The notes beneath the pieces were generated by a model. That model was not told where the DNA came from. It did not search any database and saw nothing but the letters and a program-made list of their open reading frames with translations. The position numbers and the translations under genes were made by a program. This document shows positions 49,155-58,489 of a stretch of DNA of 64,000 bases, piece by piece; position 1 is the first letter of the stretch; every line of letters starts with the position of its first letter. Origin of the DNA: Thermoanaerobaculia bacterium (GTDB lineage Bacteria; Acidobacteriota; Thermoanaerobaculia; Multivoradales; UBA5704); contig JBGAGQ010000003.1 of the NCBI GenBank assembly GCA_044226625.1, positions 96,001 to 160,000 of the forward strand, in the 5' to 3' direction.

Positions 49155-50360
49155 ATGCAGAGTTTCGCCATCCCTCAACATCCCGTCGCCACCACCGACA
49201 AGTCGTTCGCGTCCCTGGGGCTCTCCGCCCCGATCCTCCAAGTCGTCGACTCGATCGGCTTCCAGCACCCGACGCCCATCCAGTCCGAGGTGATCCCGAT
49301 CGCGCTGTCCGGCCGCGACCTGATCGGCCTCGCCGCGACCGGCTCGGGGAAGACCGCAGCGTTCAGCTTGCCGCTCGCCGAGCGGCTCTTTCATGGACGC
49401 GGTCTACGCGGCCTGATCCTGTCGCCGACGCGCGAGCTGGCGCTTCAAACCAAGGCGTTCCTCGACCTGTTCGGTCACGATCGCCAGCTCGACACCGCCT
49501 GCCTGATCGGCGGCGTCCGCATGGGTCCCCAGTTCGACGCGCTCAAGCGGGGGCCCGACGTCGTCGTCGCGACCCCCGGGCGCCTGCTCGACCACGTCGA
49601 GCGGAGGACGCTCAAGCTCGACGCGATCGAAGAGCTGGTGCTGGACGAGGCCGATCACATGCTCGACCTCGGCTTCCTGCCGCAGGTGCAGGAGATCCTG
49701 GCGCTCCTTCCCCGCGAGCGGCACACGATGCTCTTTTCGGCGACCATGCCGCCGCCGATCGAGCGCCTCACGAAGCTGTTCTTGAAGGACCCGGCGCGGG
49801 TCGACATCCTGCCCGAGGGAGGCGCCGCGACCGGCCTCACCCACCGGCTGTACATGGTGAACGATCAGGACAAGAAGGCCTGCCTCCACGCGCTGCTCCA
49901 TCTGAACCTCGGGCGGACGTTGATCTTCATCCGCCGGAAGAGCGACGCCGAGTGGCTGACCGCGGTGCTCGAGCGGGAAGGCTTCAACGTCGGCCGCATC
50001 CACGCCGACCTCACCCAGGCGCAACGGGTCCACGAGCTGCGCAACTTCCGCGAGGGCAAGACGCGCATCCTCGTCGCGACGGGCGTCGCCGGCCGGGGCA
50101 TCGACATCCCGGAGATCGAGCACGTCATCCACTTCGACCTGCCGGAGAAAGTCGACGACTACATCCACCGCGCCGGCCGCACGGGACGCGGCGCGTTGAC
50201 CGGCCTGGTCTCCTCGATCGTAACCTGGCAGGACATCCCGACGATCCGCGAGGTCGAAGGGGTCCTCGGCTTCGAGATCCCCCGCTGCACGGTGCCCGGC
50301 GTCGAGCCGTGGGTGGAGCTCAAACCGAAGACGACGATCCGCCGTCGCCTGCTCCGCTGA
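49155..50360 (+). CDS. DEAD-box RNA helicase
   Basis: Q motif PTPIQ, ATGSGKT, PTRELA, TPGR, DEAD, SAT, RGID, HRAGRTGR. Confidence 0.96.
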   Translation: MQSFAIPQHPVATTDKSFASLGLSAPILQVVDSIGFQHPTPIQSEVIPIALSGRDLIGLAATGSGKTAAFSLPLAERLFHGRGLRGLILSPTRELALQTKAFLDLFGHDRQLDTACLIGGVRMGPQFDALKRGPDVVVATPGRLLDHVERRTLKLDAIEELVLDEADHMLDLGFLPQVQEILALLPRERHTMLFSATMPPPIERLTKLFLKDPARVDILPEGGAATGLTHRLYMVNDQDKKACLHALLHLNLGRTLIFIRRKSDAEWLTAVLEREGFNVGRIHADLTQAQRVHELRNFREGKTRILVATGVAGRGIDIPEIEHVIHFDLPEKVDDYIHRAGRTGRGALTGLVSSIVTWQDIPTIREVEGVLGFEIPRCTVPGVEPWVELKPKTTIRRRLLR

Positions 50361-50373
50361 AACGCCCCCCGAA

Positions 50374-52779
50374 TCAGCCCTCGCCCACGCCGGGGATCGC
50401 GTCCCTGCGGACCGGGACCTGCCGACGGCGGTAGCCCCAAATGCCGTCGAGGCGTTCGGTTCCGGTCGTCTTCTCGAGCCCTTCGGAGACCATGCGGAAC
50501 GCCTCGACCACCCCGGGCACAATGAGGATGTGGCCGTTGCCGTCGCGCGGCATCTGCCAGCGGAAGTCCTGGAGAGACCCGAGCTCCAGCATCGCCTCCC
50601 GCAGCTCGCCGTAGAGCCCGTGCAGCCGGGCGCAGAGCGCCGCGAGGCCGCAGGTGGCGAAGAACGAATAGGGCTCGATCCGGTCGATCGCGGCCAGGAG
50701 CTCGTCTCCGGTCCGGCAGCGGACCACCTTGTCGGCGAGATCCTCCCGATCGGTCCGAGCGGTCGCGAGGATCGCGTGGGGCCGCACGTCGACGAAGCCG
50801 CCGGTCGAAAGATGGAAGTCGCGAAAATCTTCGAGCGTCCCACCCGAGCCCGCCGCGTGGCTCCTCGCGATGTGCTCTGCGATCCGCTCGGTGCGATCAC
50901 AGAGGATCTCGAACGGCGCGACGAAGAAACCGCTGCGGACGAGCGTCTCGCCGTCCCGCTCGTAGACAATCGGCGAGCCGAGCGAGGGGACGGCGTGAAC
51001 GGCTTCGAGCGCGCGGCGGAAGATCCGGAGCTGCGCCTGCGACTTGAGCGGAAACAGGCCGTCGTTCCGCCGCGGATTGAGCGCCGCGAGCTGCTCGGCG
51101 TCGTCGGCGCCGACGAGGATCTGCATCTCCCGCGCGAGGTCCTCGAACGGCCAGCGTTCCAGGATCTCGAAGGTGAGCGGCCGCGACCGCTCGAGGAGGA
51201 AGCGCTCCGGGTCGAAGCGGTCGAGGTCGACGTACGGATCGATCGCGTCGAGGTCGACCGTGCGCAACCTATGGAGCAGGATCAGCAGCGACAGCACGTG
51301 TAGTTCCCCCTGGTGCTTCGCCGAGCCGAGGTCCTGGAGCGCCATGGGCTCGAGGCCCGAGAGCTGGGAGGCGAGCAGCGGCGGCTGGTTCAGCAGATCG
51401 AAGACCTGGCGCGAGTTGTCGGTCTCGCCGAAGTAACAGACGTTGTTCTCCTCGCGAGGAAACCAGGGGGCGTTGCCGTCGTCGCCGAGCACGCCCACCG
51501 AGGCGAGCACGAGCGCGAGCTCGCTCGCGGTTGCCACGCGCATCACGCGGTAGAGCGCGTCGGTGTTGGCGACGCTGAAGAAGCCGTTTTCGCCGCTCCG
51601 GATCGAGTAGGACGGGCGCAGGACCTCGCCCGCGGCGAACCGCGCGGGACCCTCCGGCGGGTCGTCCAGCGGGATCGTGAGAGGCGGCGCCACCCGCACC
51701 ACGTGGCGCTGGGGCTTGCCGTCGTCTCCCTTGCGGTGGGCGCCCGGAAAGACCTCCTCGGCCGCGTCGTGGATCAACCGCGAGGGGCGGCCGTGGAGGG
51801 GGATCGGCTCGCGCAGCCGCACCTCGTCGATGCCGATCGCCGCCGCGGTGATCAGGATCTTCAGGCCGAGCTGGCCGTACTCGTGCGCCAGCTCCTCGGC
51901 GAACCGCTGCTTGTCGACCAGGAACTCGTCCTTCGCGCTGTGGGCGAAGCCGAGCCGGATGCTCCGCCGCTTCCCGCCACCCTTCGGATCGGGCCCTTCG
52001 TCGTACATCCCGCCGACCGCCGTGGTGTGGGCGACGAGCACTTCTTCGGCCAGCTCGCGGACCTCCGCGAGGTCGTCGCGGAACGAGTGGACGAAGGCCT
52101 CCTGAAGCTCGTCCTGCGCCGCGGCGGAAACGCCGGGGAGATGGCTCGCCACCTGCTTCAGATGCTCCTGGTGGTAGGCGATCAGGCTCGGGATCGGAAT
52201 CCCGAGGGTTACCGAGCGGAATCCCGGCCTGCCGTCGCCGTGCTTTTGGAGATAGTTGCGGAGGAAAGTCGACACGGGTCGCGACCGGCCGATCGCGGCG
52301 AGCATCGTCTCGATCGGGGAGGCGCCGCCCCCCGGAGCGAGCCCCTCGACGAACGAGCGAACGAACGCCCGGCGTTCCTCGGGAGCCACGTCCTGGATCG
52401 CGCCCAGGCCGGGCAGCGCCGTCAGGCGGAACCGCTCCAAGGCGACGAAAACCCCGCTCGCGGTGAGGAAGCCGGTCCCCACCTTCCGCGGCAGGCGATC
52501 GGCGCCGTGGCGCGTCTCGACGTGCCGGAACAGCCGGCGGGTGAAGGCCCGGATGTCGTCTTTGCCGAGCCCGGTCGCGAGCAGGATGGGCACGTCTCCG
52601 GCGCCGGGGCTGGCGACGGTCATCATCTCTTCATACATCGAGAGCATCTGGAGCAGCGCGGTGCCGCCCACCGCCCCGGTGCCGCCGATGATCGCGTGGA
52701 GGTCTCGCCACCGCTCGCCCGAGCGAGCCGCTCGGGCGAGGCGCGGCCCAAGCCGTTCCTTCTTATAGCTTCGAGTCAT
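50374..52779 (-). CDS. Large hypothetical protein with N-terminal Rossmann-like motif
   Basis: 801 aa from ATG 52779; HAIIGGTGAVGG; normal coding composition throughout. Confidence 0.7.
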   Translation of the reverse strand: MTRSYKKERLGPRLARAARSGERWRDLHAIIGGTGAVGGTALLQMLSMYEEMMTVASPGAGDVPILLATGLGKDDIRAFTRRLFRHVETRHGADRLPRKVGTGFLTASGVFVALERFRLTALPGLGAIQDVAPEERRAFVRSFVEGLAPGGGASPIETMLAAIGRSRPVSTFLRNYLQKHGDGRPGFRSVTLGIPIPSLIAYHQEHLKQVASHLPGVSAAAQDELQEAFVHSFRDDLAEVRELAEEVLVAHTTAVGGMYDEGPDPKGGGKRRSIRLGFAHSAKDEFLVDKQRFAEELAHEYGQLGLKILITAAAIGIDEVRLREPIPLHGRPSRLIHDAAEEVFPGAHRKGDDGKPQRHVVRVAPPLTIPLDDPPEGPARFAAGEVLRPSYSIRSGENGFFSVANTDALYRVMRVATASELALVLASVGVLGDDGNAPWFPREENNVCYFGETDNSRQVFDLLNQPPLLASQLSGLEPMALQDLGSAKHQGELHVLSLLILLHRLRTVDLDAIDPYVDLDRFDPERFLLERSRPLTFEILERWPFEDLAREMQILVGADDAEQLAALNPRRNDGLFPLKSQAQLRIFRRALEAVHAVPSLGSPIVYERDGETLVRSGFFVAPFEILCDRTERIAEHIARSHAAGSGGTLEDFRDFHLSTGGFVDVRPHAILATARTDREDLADKVVRCRTGDELLAAIDRIEPYSFFATCGLAALCARLHGLYGELREAMLELGSLQDFRWQMPRDGNGHILIVPGVVEAFRMVSEGLEKTTGTERLDGIWGYRRRQVPVRRDAIPGVGEG

Positions 52780-52788
52780 AGAGCGGGC

Positions 52789-52817
52789 AACGTACTTCTC
52801 GAACGCTCGCCCGTCAA
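52789..52817 (-). promoter_or_regulatory. Sigma70-type promoter, near-leaderless
   Basis: TTGACG-N17-TACGTT, 9 nt before ATG 52779. Confidence 0.65.
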
Positions 52818-53389
52818 GGGTCGCGTTCGCGGCGACTCCCCCGTCGGCCCCCTCGCCGAGTGGCGCGATCCGAGCCTTCCCGGCCAAGGCCCGCCTTTTA
52901 TCGAGTCGAGCCAAGAGAAAAAGGAAGGACCACGAGCCGCGCTCGAAGTAACGATCAACGCCCAAGATGAAGGGAAGATTAATTTTCACCCTTTTGGCGG
53001 CGAAAAACAGTTCCGGAGAGCACGCTCTCGCAAACGAATCGAATGGCCTCAAGGGCGACGAAACGGGCGGCCAATTTTCCCTATGGCCCCGCAAAAACCC
53101 TGGAACGACGGGACCTCTTGCGCGAAGCGATTCTCGCGACGTTCTTCGGTCCCTCTTTCTGCCGAACGTCGCACTATCCCTTTTCAGGACGCAAGCTACA
53201 TTCCGAAGAAAGTCAACACCGCATCGAATCTCGCAATCGGCCGCAAACCTTTCGTTTCTGGCCGCAGATAAGGAGCCGAGCCCGCTGGCTCGGTTCCGCA
53301 CGAGGCGCCTCGGCACCGACCTCATCGCGAGGACCGGGCTCGAGAACGCTTCGGGCGTGATCCAGCGAACCGTTCGGAGGATTGGCAGA

Positions 53390-54253
53390 ATGCGGAAGGG
53401 TAGCCTGAGGTTCGGTCTCGTCGTCTCCTGTGGTGTCCTGGCCCTCGCGGCCGCCGCGGCGAAAGCGGAACCGTTGCGGGAAGAGGCGGCAGCTCCCGGC
53501 CGCCGGATCGTCTACACTCCGGCTCGGGGTCACGAGTCAAAAGTTCGCCGAGCGGTGAACATCACCAACCACGGCGGCCCCACCATCACCTCCGCCAAAG
53601 TCGTCTACATCTTCTGGGGCGCGGATTTCTGCACCGGTGGCGTCGATCGCACGTATGCGACCACCCTCCAGGCGTACCGGAACCAGTTCGGCACGACCCC
53701 CGAGTACAACACCATCACCCAGTACTCGGGCATCCAGCTCGCGAACCTCGGCACCGGCACGCCCGACCTGTTCGACTGCGCGAACCCGCCGGCCAAGGTG
53801 ACCGACAACGCGGTTCGCAACAAGGTCAACGCCTACATCGCGTCCTTCGGCTTCAACGCCAGCACGATCTACGAGGTGGTGATCCCGCGCGCCTCCTACT
53901 CGTCGAGCGGCGGCAGCACCTCCTGCGGCGGTCCGCACCTCTCCTATTGCGCGTATCACAGCTGGATCGGCTCGGGAGCGAGCGCCAAGAAGTACTCGAT
54001 CCAGCCCTATCCCAGCTGCTCGGGCTGCCAGGTCGCCGGCTGGTCCGCGGTTCAGAACCAGGAGCACTTCGTCTGCCATGAGACCCGCGAAGCGGTGACC
54101 GATCCGACGGGTACCGGCTGGTACGACTCCTCGGGCGCGGAAGCCGACGACAAGTGCGCTTGGACCCCCTCACCGTTCCTCGGCACCGGCGGCTACGGTT
54201 ATCAGTACGAGTGGTCCAACGCGGCGAGCGCCTGCGTGAAGACCGTTCCCTGA
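53390..54253 (+). CDS. Secreted Phi-1/EXORDIUM-like protein
   Basis: ATG 53390 behind GGAGG; signal peptide; NHGGP, IFWG, CAYHS, HETREAVTDP, GWY, EADDKCAW. Confidence 0.7.
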   Translation: MRKGSLRFGLVVSCGVLALAAAAAKAEPLREEAAAPGRRIVYTPARGHESKVRRAVNITNHGGPTITSAKVVYIFWGADFCTGGVDRTYATTLQAYRNQFGTTPEYNTITQYSGIQLANLGTGTPDLFDCANPPAKVTDNAVRNKVNAYIASFGFNASTIYEVVIPRASYSSSGGSTSCGGPHLSYCAYHSWIGSGASAKKYSIQPYPSCSGCQVAGWSAVQNQEHFVCHETREAVTDPTGTGWYDSSGAEADDKCAWTPSPFLGTGGYGYQYEWSNAASACVKTVP

Positions 54254-54386
54254 CGGAAGCCATTTCTCGAAGAGCACCGTGCGGGCGGCGCGAGCCGCCC
54301 GCGTTTCGTTTTCGGCGCATCTCGTGCGGCTCGGGCTATCCTTCCCGCGGGAGGGCTTCTCCTCCCGATATCCCGCCGGAGCCTCG

Positions 54387-55280
54387 ATGCGCCCGAATCT
54401 GTTCGCCCGAATCTCGCCGTACCTCGTCGCCGCCGCCGTCTGCCTCTCCCCCGCCCTCGCCAGCGACGACGACGGCCGGGCGGAGATGACCGCTCCGACC
54501 GAGCCTTTCCGGATCTTCGGACCGCTCTACTATGTCGGCACGAAAGACGTGACGAGCTATGCGATCGCTACGAAGGAGGGCCTCATCCTCTTGGACGGTG
54601 GGCTCCCCGAGACGGCGGCGCAGATCGAGGCGAGCCTCGGAACGCTTGGCTTGAAGCTCTCGGATACGAAGTACCTGTTGAATTCCCATTCGCACTTCGA
54701 CCATGCCGGAGGGCTCGCTACGCTCAAGAAGCGGTCGGGCGCGCGCATGGTCGCGAGCGAGCGCGACGCGGCGCAGCTCGAAGCCGGGGGTAAGGGGGAT
54801 TTCGCCTGGGGGGACGACAACACCTTTCCGCCGGTCGTAGTCGATCGTCGGATCGGCGAGGGGGACACGGTGACCCTCGGCGGCGTAACGCTCACCGCCC
54901 ACCTGACGCCCGGCCACACGAAAGGATGCACCACCTGGACGGCGAGTTTCGAAGAGAAGGGGGAAAAGCTCCGCGCGGTCTTCTACTGCTCGACGAGCGT
55001 TCCCGATCCGGAGAACTACCGGCTCGCCGGCAACCCGCGCTACCCCGAGATCGTCGCCGACTACGAGCGGAGCTTCAAAAGCCTCCGTGAGCTGCCGTGC
55101 GACCTCTTCCTCGGCGCCCACGCCTCGTTCTTCCGCCTCGAGGAGAAGGCGGCGAAGCTCCGCGCCGGCGACCGAAAAGCGTTCGTCGATCCCGCAGGCT
55201 TCCGAGCGTACGTCGACAAGAGCGAGAAGCGCTTCCGTGAGCTGCTTGCGACGCGGTCTCCATCGAAACCAAATCGTTGA
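54387..55280 (+). CDS. Subclass B3 metallo-beta-lactamase
   Basis: Signal peptide; PFRI.GPLYYVG, SHSHFDHAGG, TPGHTKGCT, LPCDLFLGAH. Confidence 0.9.
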   Translation: MRPNLFARISPYLVAAAVCLSPALASDDDGRAEMTAPTEPFRIFGPLYYVGTKDVTSYAIATKEGLILLDGGLPETAAQIEASLGTLGLKLSDTKYLLNSHSHFDHAGGLATLKKRSGARMVASERDAAQLEAGGKGDFAWGDDNTFPPVVVDRRIGEGDTVTLGGVTLTAHLTPGHTKGCTTWTASFEEKGEKLRAVFYCSTSVPDPENYRLAGNPRYPEIVADYERSFKSLRELPCDLFLGAHASFFRLEEKAAKLRAGDRKAFVDPAGFRAYVDKSEKRFRELLATRSPSKPNR

Positions 55281-55352
55281 CTAGAGACTGCTAAATCATG
55301 GAGGCCCTCCGCCCGATCGATCCTGCTAGGTCATCCGCTTTTGCGTCCGCCT

Positions 55353-55889
55353 TCAGGCGCGCTCGTCGGGCCGGGTCACATCCGGGACGTCTTCGCCGAG
55401 TGCCGTCGCGAGGTCGATCTGATGCTCCTGCTCCTGCTTCAAGATCTCCCGTAGGTGCTCGGAGAGGGCGAATTCACCGAGCTGCTCGGCCTGACGCACC
55501 CGCACGCGATAGTTGCGGATCGTCTCGTTCTCGTTGTCCAGGTCGAAGCGCAACATGTCGACCGCCTTGTCCGAGACCTTGACCGGTTTGGGCGTCACCG
55601 TGGGCTGGCCGCCCAGATAGTCGATCTGCTTGGCGATCTCGATCGCGTGCGCCAGCTCCTCGGCCGCGTGCACTTCGAGCTCCTGGGCGATCGCCATGTA
55701 CTGCGCGCCCTTGATCACCTGGGAGTAGACGACATAAGCGATCACCGCCTGGAATTCGCGGGCGAGATCTTCGTTCAGCAGCTCGATCATCCTCTGTCGG
55801 CTGATCGGGGAATCGGCAGAATTCTCCGGTTGCGCAAGCTTTCCTTTCGATACGGCGGCAGTTTTTTTCGCGTTCGGTTTCGCGGCCAT
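55353..55889 (-). CDS. Bacterioferritin/ferritin-like protein
   Basis: ATG 55889 behind AAGGAGG; ferroxidase pattern E...Y, EELAH, E...Y, EQEH. Confidence 0.88.
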   Translation of the reverse strand: MAAKPNAKKTAAVSKGKLAQPENSADSPISRQRMIELLNEDLAREFQAVIAYVVYSQVIKGAQYMAIAQELEVHAAEELAHAIEIAKQIDYLGGQPTVTPKPVKVSDKAVDMLRFDLDNENETIRNYRVRVRQAEQLGEFALSEHLREILKQEQEHQIDLATALGEDVPDVTRPDERA

Positions 55890-55944
55890 AGGGGCCCTCC
55901 TTGCGCCAGACTGAAGGGTGCAAAATCCGGTCCGCGCCGAAGGT

Positions 55945-55984
55945 CCTCCTCCCCCGCATTCCGGGGAGGATCGAGGTGGGCGCC
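55945..55984. repeat. REP-like palindrome, same family as 32578-32616
   Basis: CCTCCTCCCCCGCATTCCGGGGAGGATCGAGGTGGGCGCC. Confidence 0.7.
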
Positions 55985-55999
55985 CTTCCACCCGTCGAC

Positions 56000-56881
56000 C
56001 TACCCTCCCGCCTGCATCAACCGCACGTAACCGTCTTCGAGCCCGGGGCGAGCCGGTTCGACTTTCTCCAGGTTCCCCGGTCGCGGGCCGACCAGGCGGA
56101 GCTCGACGCCGTCGGCGTGATGGAGCATCGAGACGACGGTCCTTCCCGGCTCGGGCTCGGCGAGGCTCGGAGCCATCGCGGTCCAAACCGACCCGGCGGC
56201 GACCTCGGCGAGCGCCGCCGGGGTGCCACGAAACAGCAATCGGCCGCGCGCCAGGACCGCGAGGTCGCGGCAGGTCTGTCCGATGTCTTCGACGATGTGG
56301 GTGGAGAGGATGACCGTCCGATCGGCCGCGAGGCGGACCAACAGATTGCGAAACCGAATCCGCTCCTCCGGATCGAGCCCCGCGGTCGGCTCGTCGACGA
56401 TCAGCAGGCGTGGATCGTTGACGATCGCCTGGGCGATGCCGACCCGCCGCTTCATGCCGCCGGAAAACCCTCCCACCTTCCGATCCGCCACCTCCGTGAG
56501 CGCCACCTCGTCGAGGACCTCGGCCACGCGCTGGCGGCGCAGGTGAGGATCGTCGAGGCCCTTGAGGATAGCCATGTAATCGACGAACTGCGACGCCGTG
56601 AGCTCCGGGTAGAGCCCGAGCTCCTGCGGCAAATACCCCAGCGTCGTCTGCGTCGCCCGGCGTCCGGAAGCCGATCCGAGATCCTGGCCGAAGACGCGGA
56701 CCGATCCACCGCTCGGGCGGACGATCCCGGCGAGGATGCGCAGCAGGGTGGTCTTGCCCGCGCCGTTCGGCCCGAGCAACCCGAACATTCCGGGCGCGAT
56801 CGCGAGATCGATCCCCGCGAGCGCCTTGCGTCCCTTGGCCCCGCGGCCGTATGCCTTCTCGAGCCGTTCGATCTCGATCAT
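56000..56881 (-). CDS. ABC transporter ATP-binding protein
   Basis: GPNGAGKTT, FSGGMK, LIVDEPT, LSTH. Confidence 0.96.
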   Translation of the reverse strand: MIEIERLEKAYGRGAKGRKALAGIDLAIAPGMFGLLGPNGAGKTTLLRILAGIVRPSGGSVRVFGQDLGSASGRRATQTTLGYLPQELGLYPELTASQFVDYMAILKGLDDPHLRRQRVAEVLDEVALTEVADRKVGGFSGGMKRRVGIAQAIVNDPRLLIVDEPTAGLDPEERIRFRNLLVRLAADRTVILSTHIVEDIGQTCRDLAVLARGRLLFRGTPAALAEVAAGSVWTAMAPSLAEPEPGRTVVSMLHHADGVELRLVGPRPGNLEKVEPARPGLEDGYVRLMQAGG

Positions 56882-56894
56882 GGACTGCCCATCT

Positions 56895-57569
56895 TCATAG
56901 ATACCGTTCCTTGCGACGCCAGAGCACCACGGCGAGGACCAGCAGAACCGCTGCGGCGACGGTCAGCGCGAAGCGGTTCGCCGCGAGGCTCGGGGCGTTC
57001 GGCGAAAAGACTCCATGGAAGAGAAAGAGCGGATGCGCGTTTGCCTCGAACCAACGCTTCATGAGCAGCTCTACCAGCCAGGTTCCGCCGACGAGAAACG
57101 CGCCCGTCGCGGGTTGGGCTCCGGCGAGCGCGCCCGCCGTCCCCAGTGCGACGAGAAAGAGCGTGGGGACGAGCCACATCGCCTGCAGGTCGAGCGTTCC
57201 ACCGAGCGGCGAGAAGTCGACGCCGAGCGCTCCGGCCGCGAGCTGAAGGATTCCCGCGGACAAGGCTTGGATCGAGAGGATCAGCCCCAGGCGAGCGGCG
57301 AGCGTCCGCTCCGCCCGTTCGGGAGTCGCCGCCTTGAGCTCGAACGCCGGGTCGCCGAGAAGGGCGTAGGCCGCAAGGATGCCCCCCACCAGCGGTAGCA
57401 GGAACCCGAGATAAGCGCGCGCGAGCGCGAAGCGGATGCCGGGCTGACCCATGATCCCGAGGATCGCGAGGAAGAGCACGAGGAACGCCGGGTGGAACCA
57501 CAGCGCGTCGCGGCGGTAGGTGAGCCACGCGTAACGCCATCCGGCGGTCGACAAGTAGGGCCGCCTCAC
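56895..57569 (-). CDS. ABC-2-like permease
   Basis: GTG 57569 (GTGA overlap); about 6 TM; ELKAATP coupling segment. Confidence 0.75.
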   Translation of the reverse strand: MRRPYLSTAGWRYAWLTYRRDALWFHPAFLVLFLAILGIMGQPGIRFALARAYLGFLLPLVGGILAAYALLGDPAFELKAATPERAERTLAARLGLILSIQALSAGILQLAAGALGVDFSPLGGTLDLQAMWLVPTLFLVALGTAGALAGAQPATGAFLVGGTWLVELLMKRWFEANAHPLFLFHGVFSPNAPSLAANRFALTVAAAVLLVLAVVLWRRKERYL

Positions 57570-58381
57570 GCGTTCCTCGCCCGGCGGTTCAGGAGAACGA
57601 TCACGCCGCCGAGGACCGCGAGGACGGAGCCGAAAAGGACCCCGAGATTCGCGAACGCTTCGGTCGGCGTGGAGCGCACCGTCTCGGCGGAGGTGAGCGA
57701 CGGCGGGCCGGCGAAGAACGCTTGCAAGACGAAGATCCCGCTCGGCGTGAGCAGGGTGCCGTTCAGGGTCGGGAACAGCTTCGGCGGGATGAAGTTCGCC
57801 CAAAACCAATAGCCGCAGAACAGGATTTGATAGACCGGCAGCGGCATCACGGGACAGGCGAGCGAGAAGGCGACCACGAACGCGAACGCGGGAACGGTGA
57901 TGCCGACGAACGCCGCGGGGACCGCGTAGAGCATCGCGGCGTCGGCGCGTCCGAGCGCCACCAGGACGAGCGCGATCGCCAGGACCCAGAGGATCACCGG
58001 GATCAAGGACGAGGCGAGGGCGGCGAGGAATTTCGCTCGCACGTAGGCGAAATTTGAGAGCGGCGTACTCCGTTGCAGCTCGCGAACACCAAGCCGGCCG
58101 TCGCGCTCGATTCGGTCGGCGGAGAGGATGCCGGCGATGAGCGGGAAGAAGACGTTCGCGGCGAGCAGGAACCGACCGGCGACACCCCACGCCTGCTCGC
58201 GCGAGATGACCTCTCCCCGCACCATCTCCCCGAGCGGCGGCGGCGAGAAGAGCAGCGTCGTGTAGAACGCGAACAGCAGGCCGTACGCGATCCAGAGGCT
58301 TTTCCGGCGCAGCGACATACCGAGCTCGTGGCGAAAGGCTCCGGAAGGTCGTGGCATCGGACGTTTGTTCTCCTGGTTCAC
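57566..58381 (-). CDS. ABC-2-like permease
   Basis: About 6 TM; ADRIERD...ELQRSTP...YVRAKF. Confidence 0.8.
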   Translation of the reverse strand: MNQENKRPMPRPSGAFRHELGMSLRRKSLWIAYGLLFAFYTTLLFSPPPLGEMVRGEVISREQAWGVAGRFLLAANVFFPLIAGILSADRIERDGRLGVRELQRSTPLSNFAYVRAKFLAALASSLIPVILWVLAIALVLVALGRADAAMLYAVPAAFVGITVPAFAFVVAFSLACPVMPLPVYQILFCGYWFWANFIPPKLFPTLNGTLLTPSGIFVLQAFFAGPPSLTSAETVRSTPTEAFANLGVLFGSVLAVLGGVIVLLNRRARNA

Positions 58382-58489
58382 CGCGCTTCTAGTTTCGAGA
58401 CGACCGCCGAAGCGAAATGTTTCCGGCCGCGAGTGCCACGTCGCCCATAGAAATTCGGTCCCGAGAGATTGCAGGAGCCGACGGCGGAG

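Noticed and set aside
53170-53230. GGACGCAAGCTAC as a cyclic-di-GMP-I riboswitch
   Set aside because: Lacks the GGCAAAC segment, GNRA-capped stem and second hairpin.
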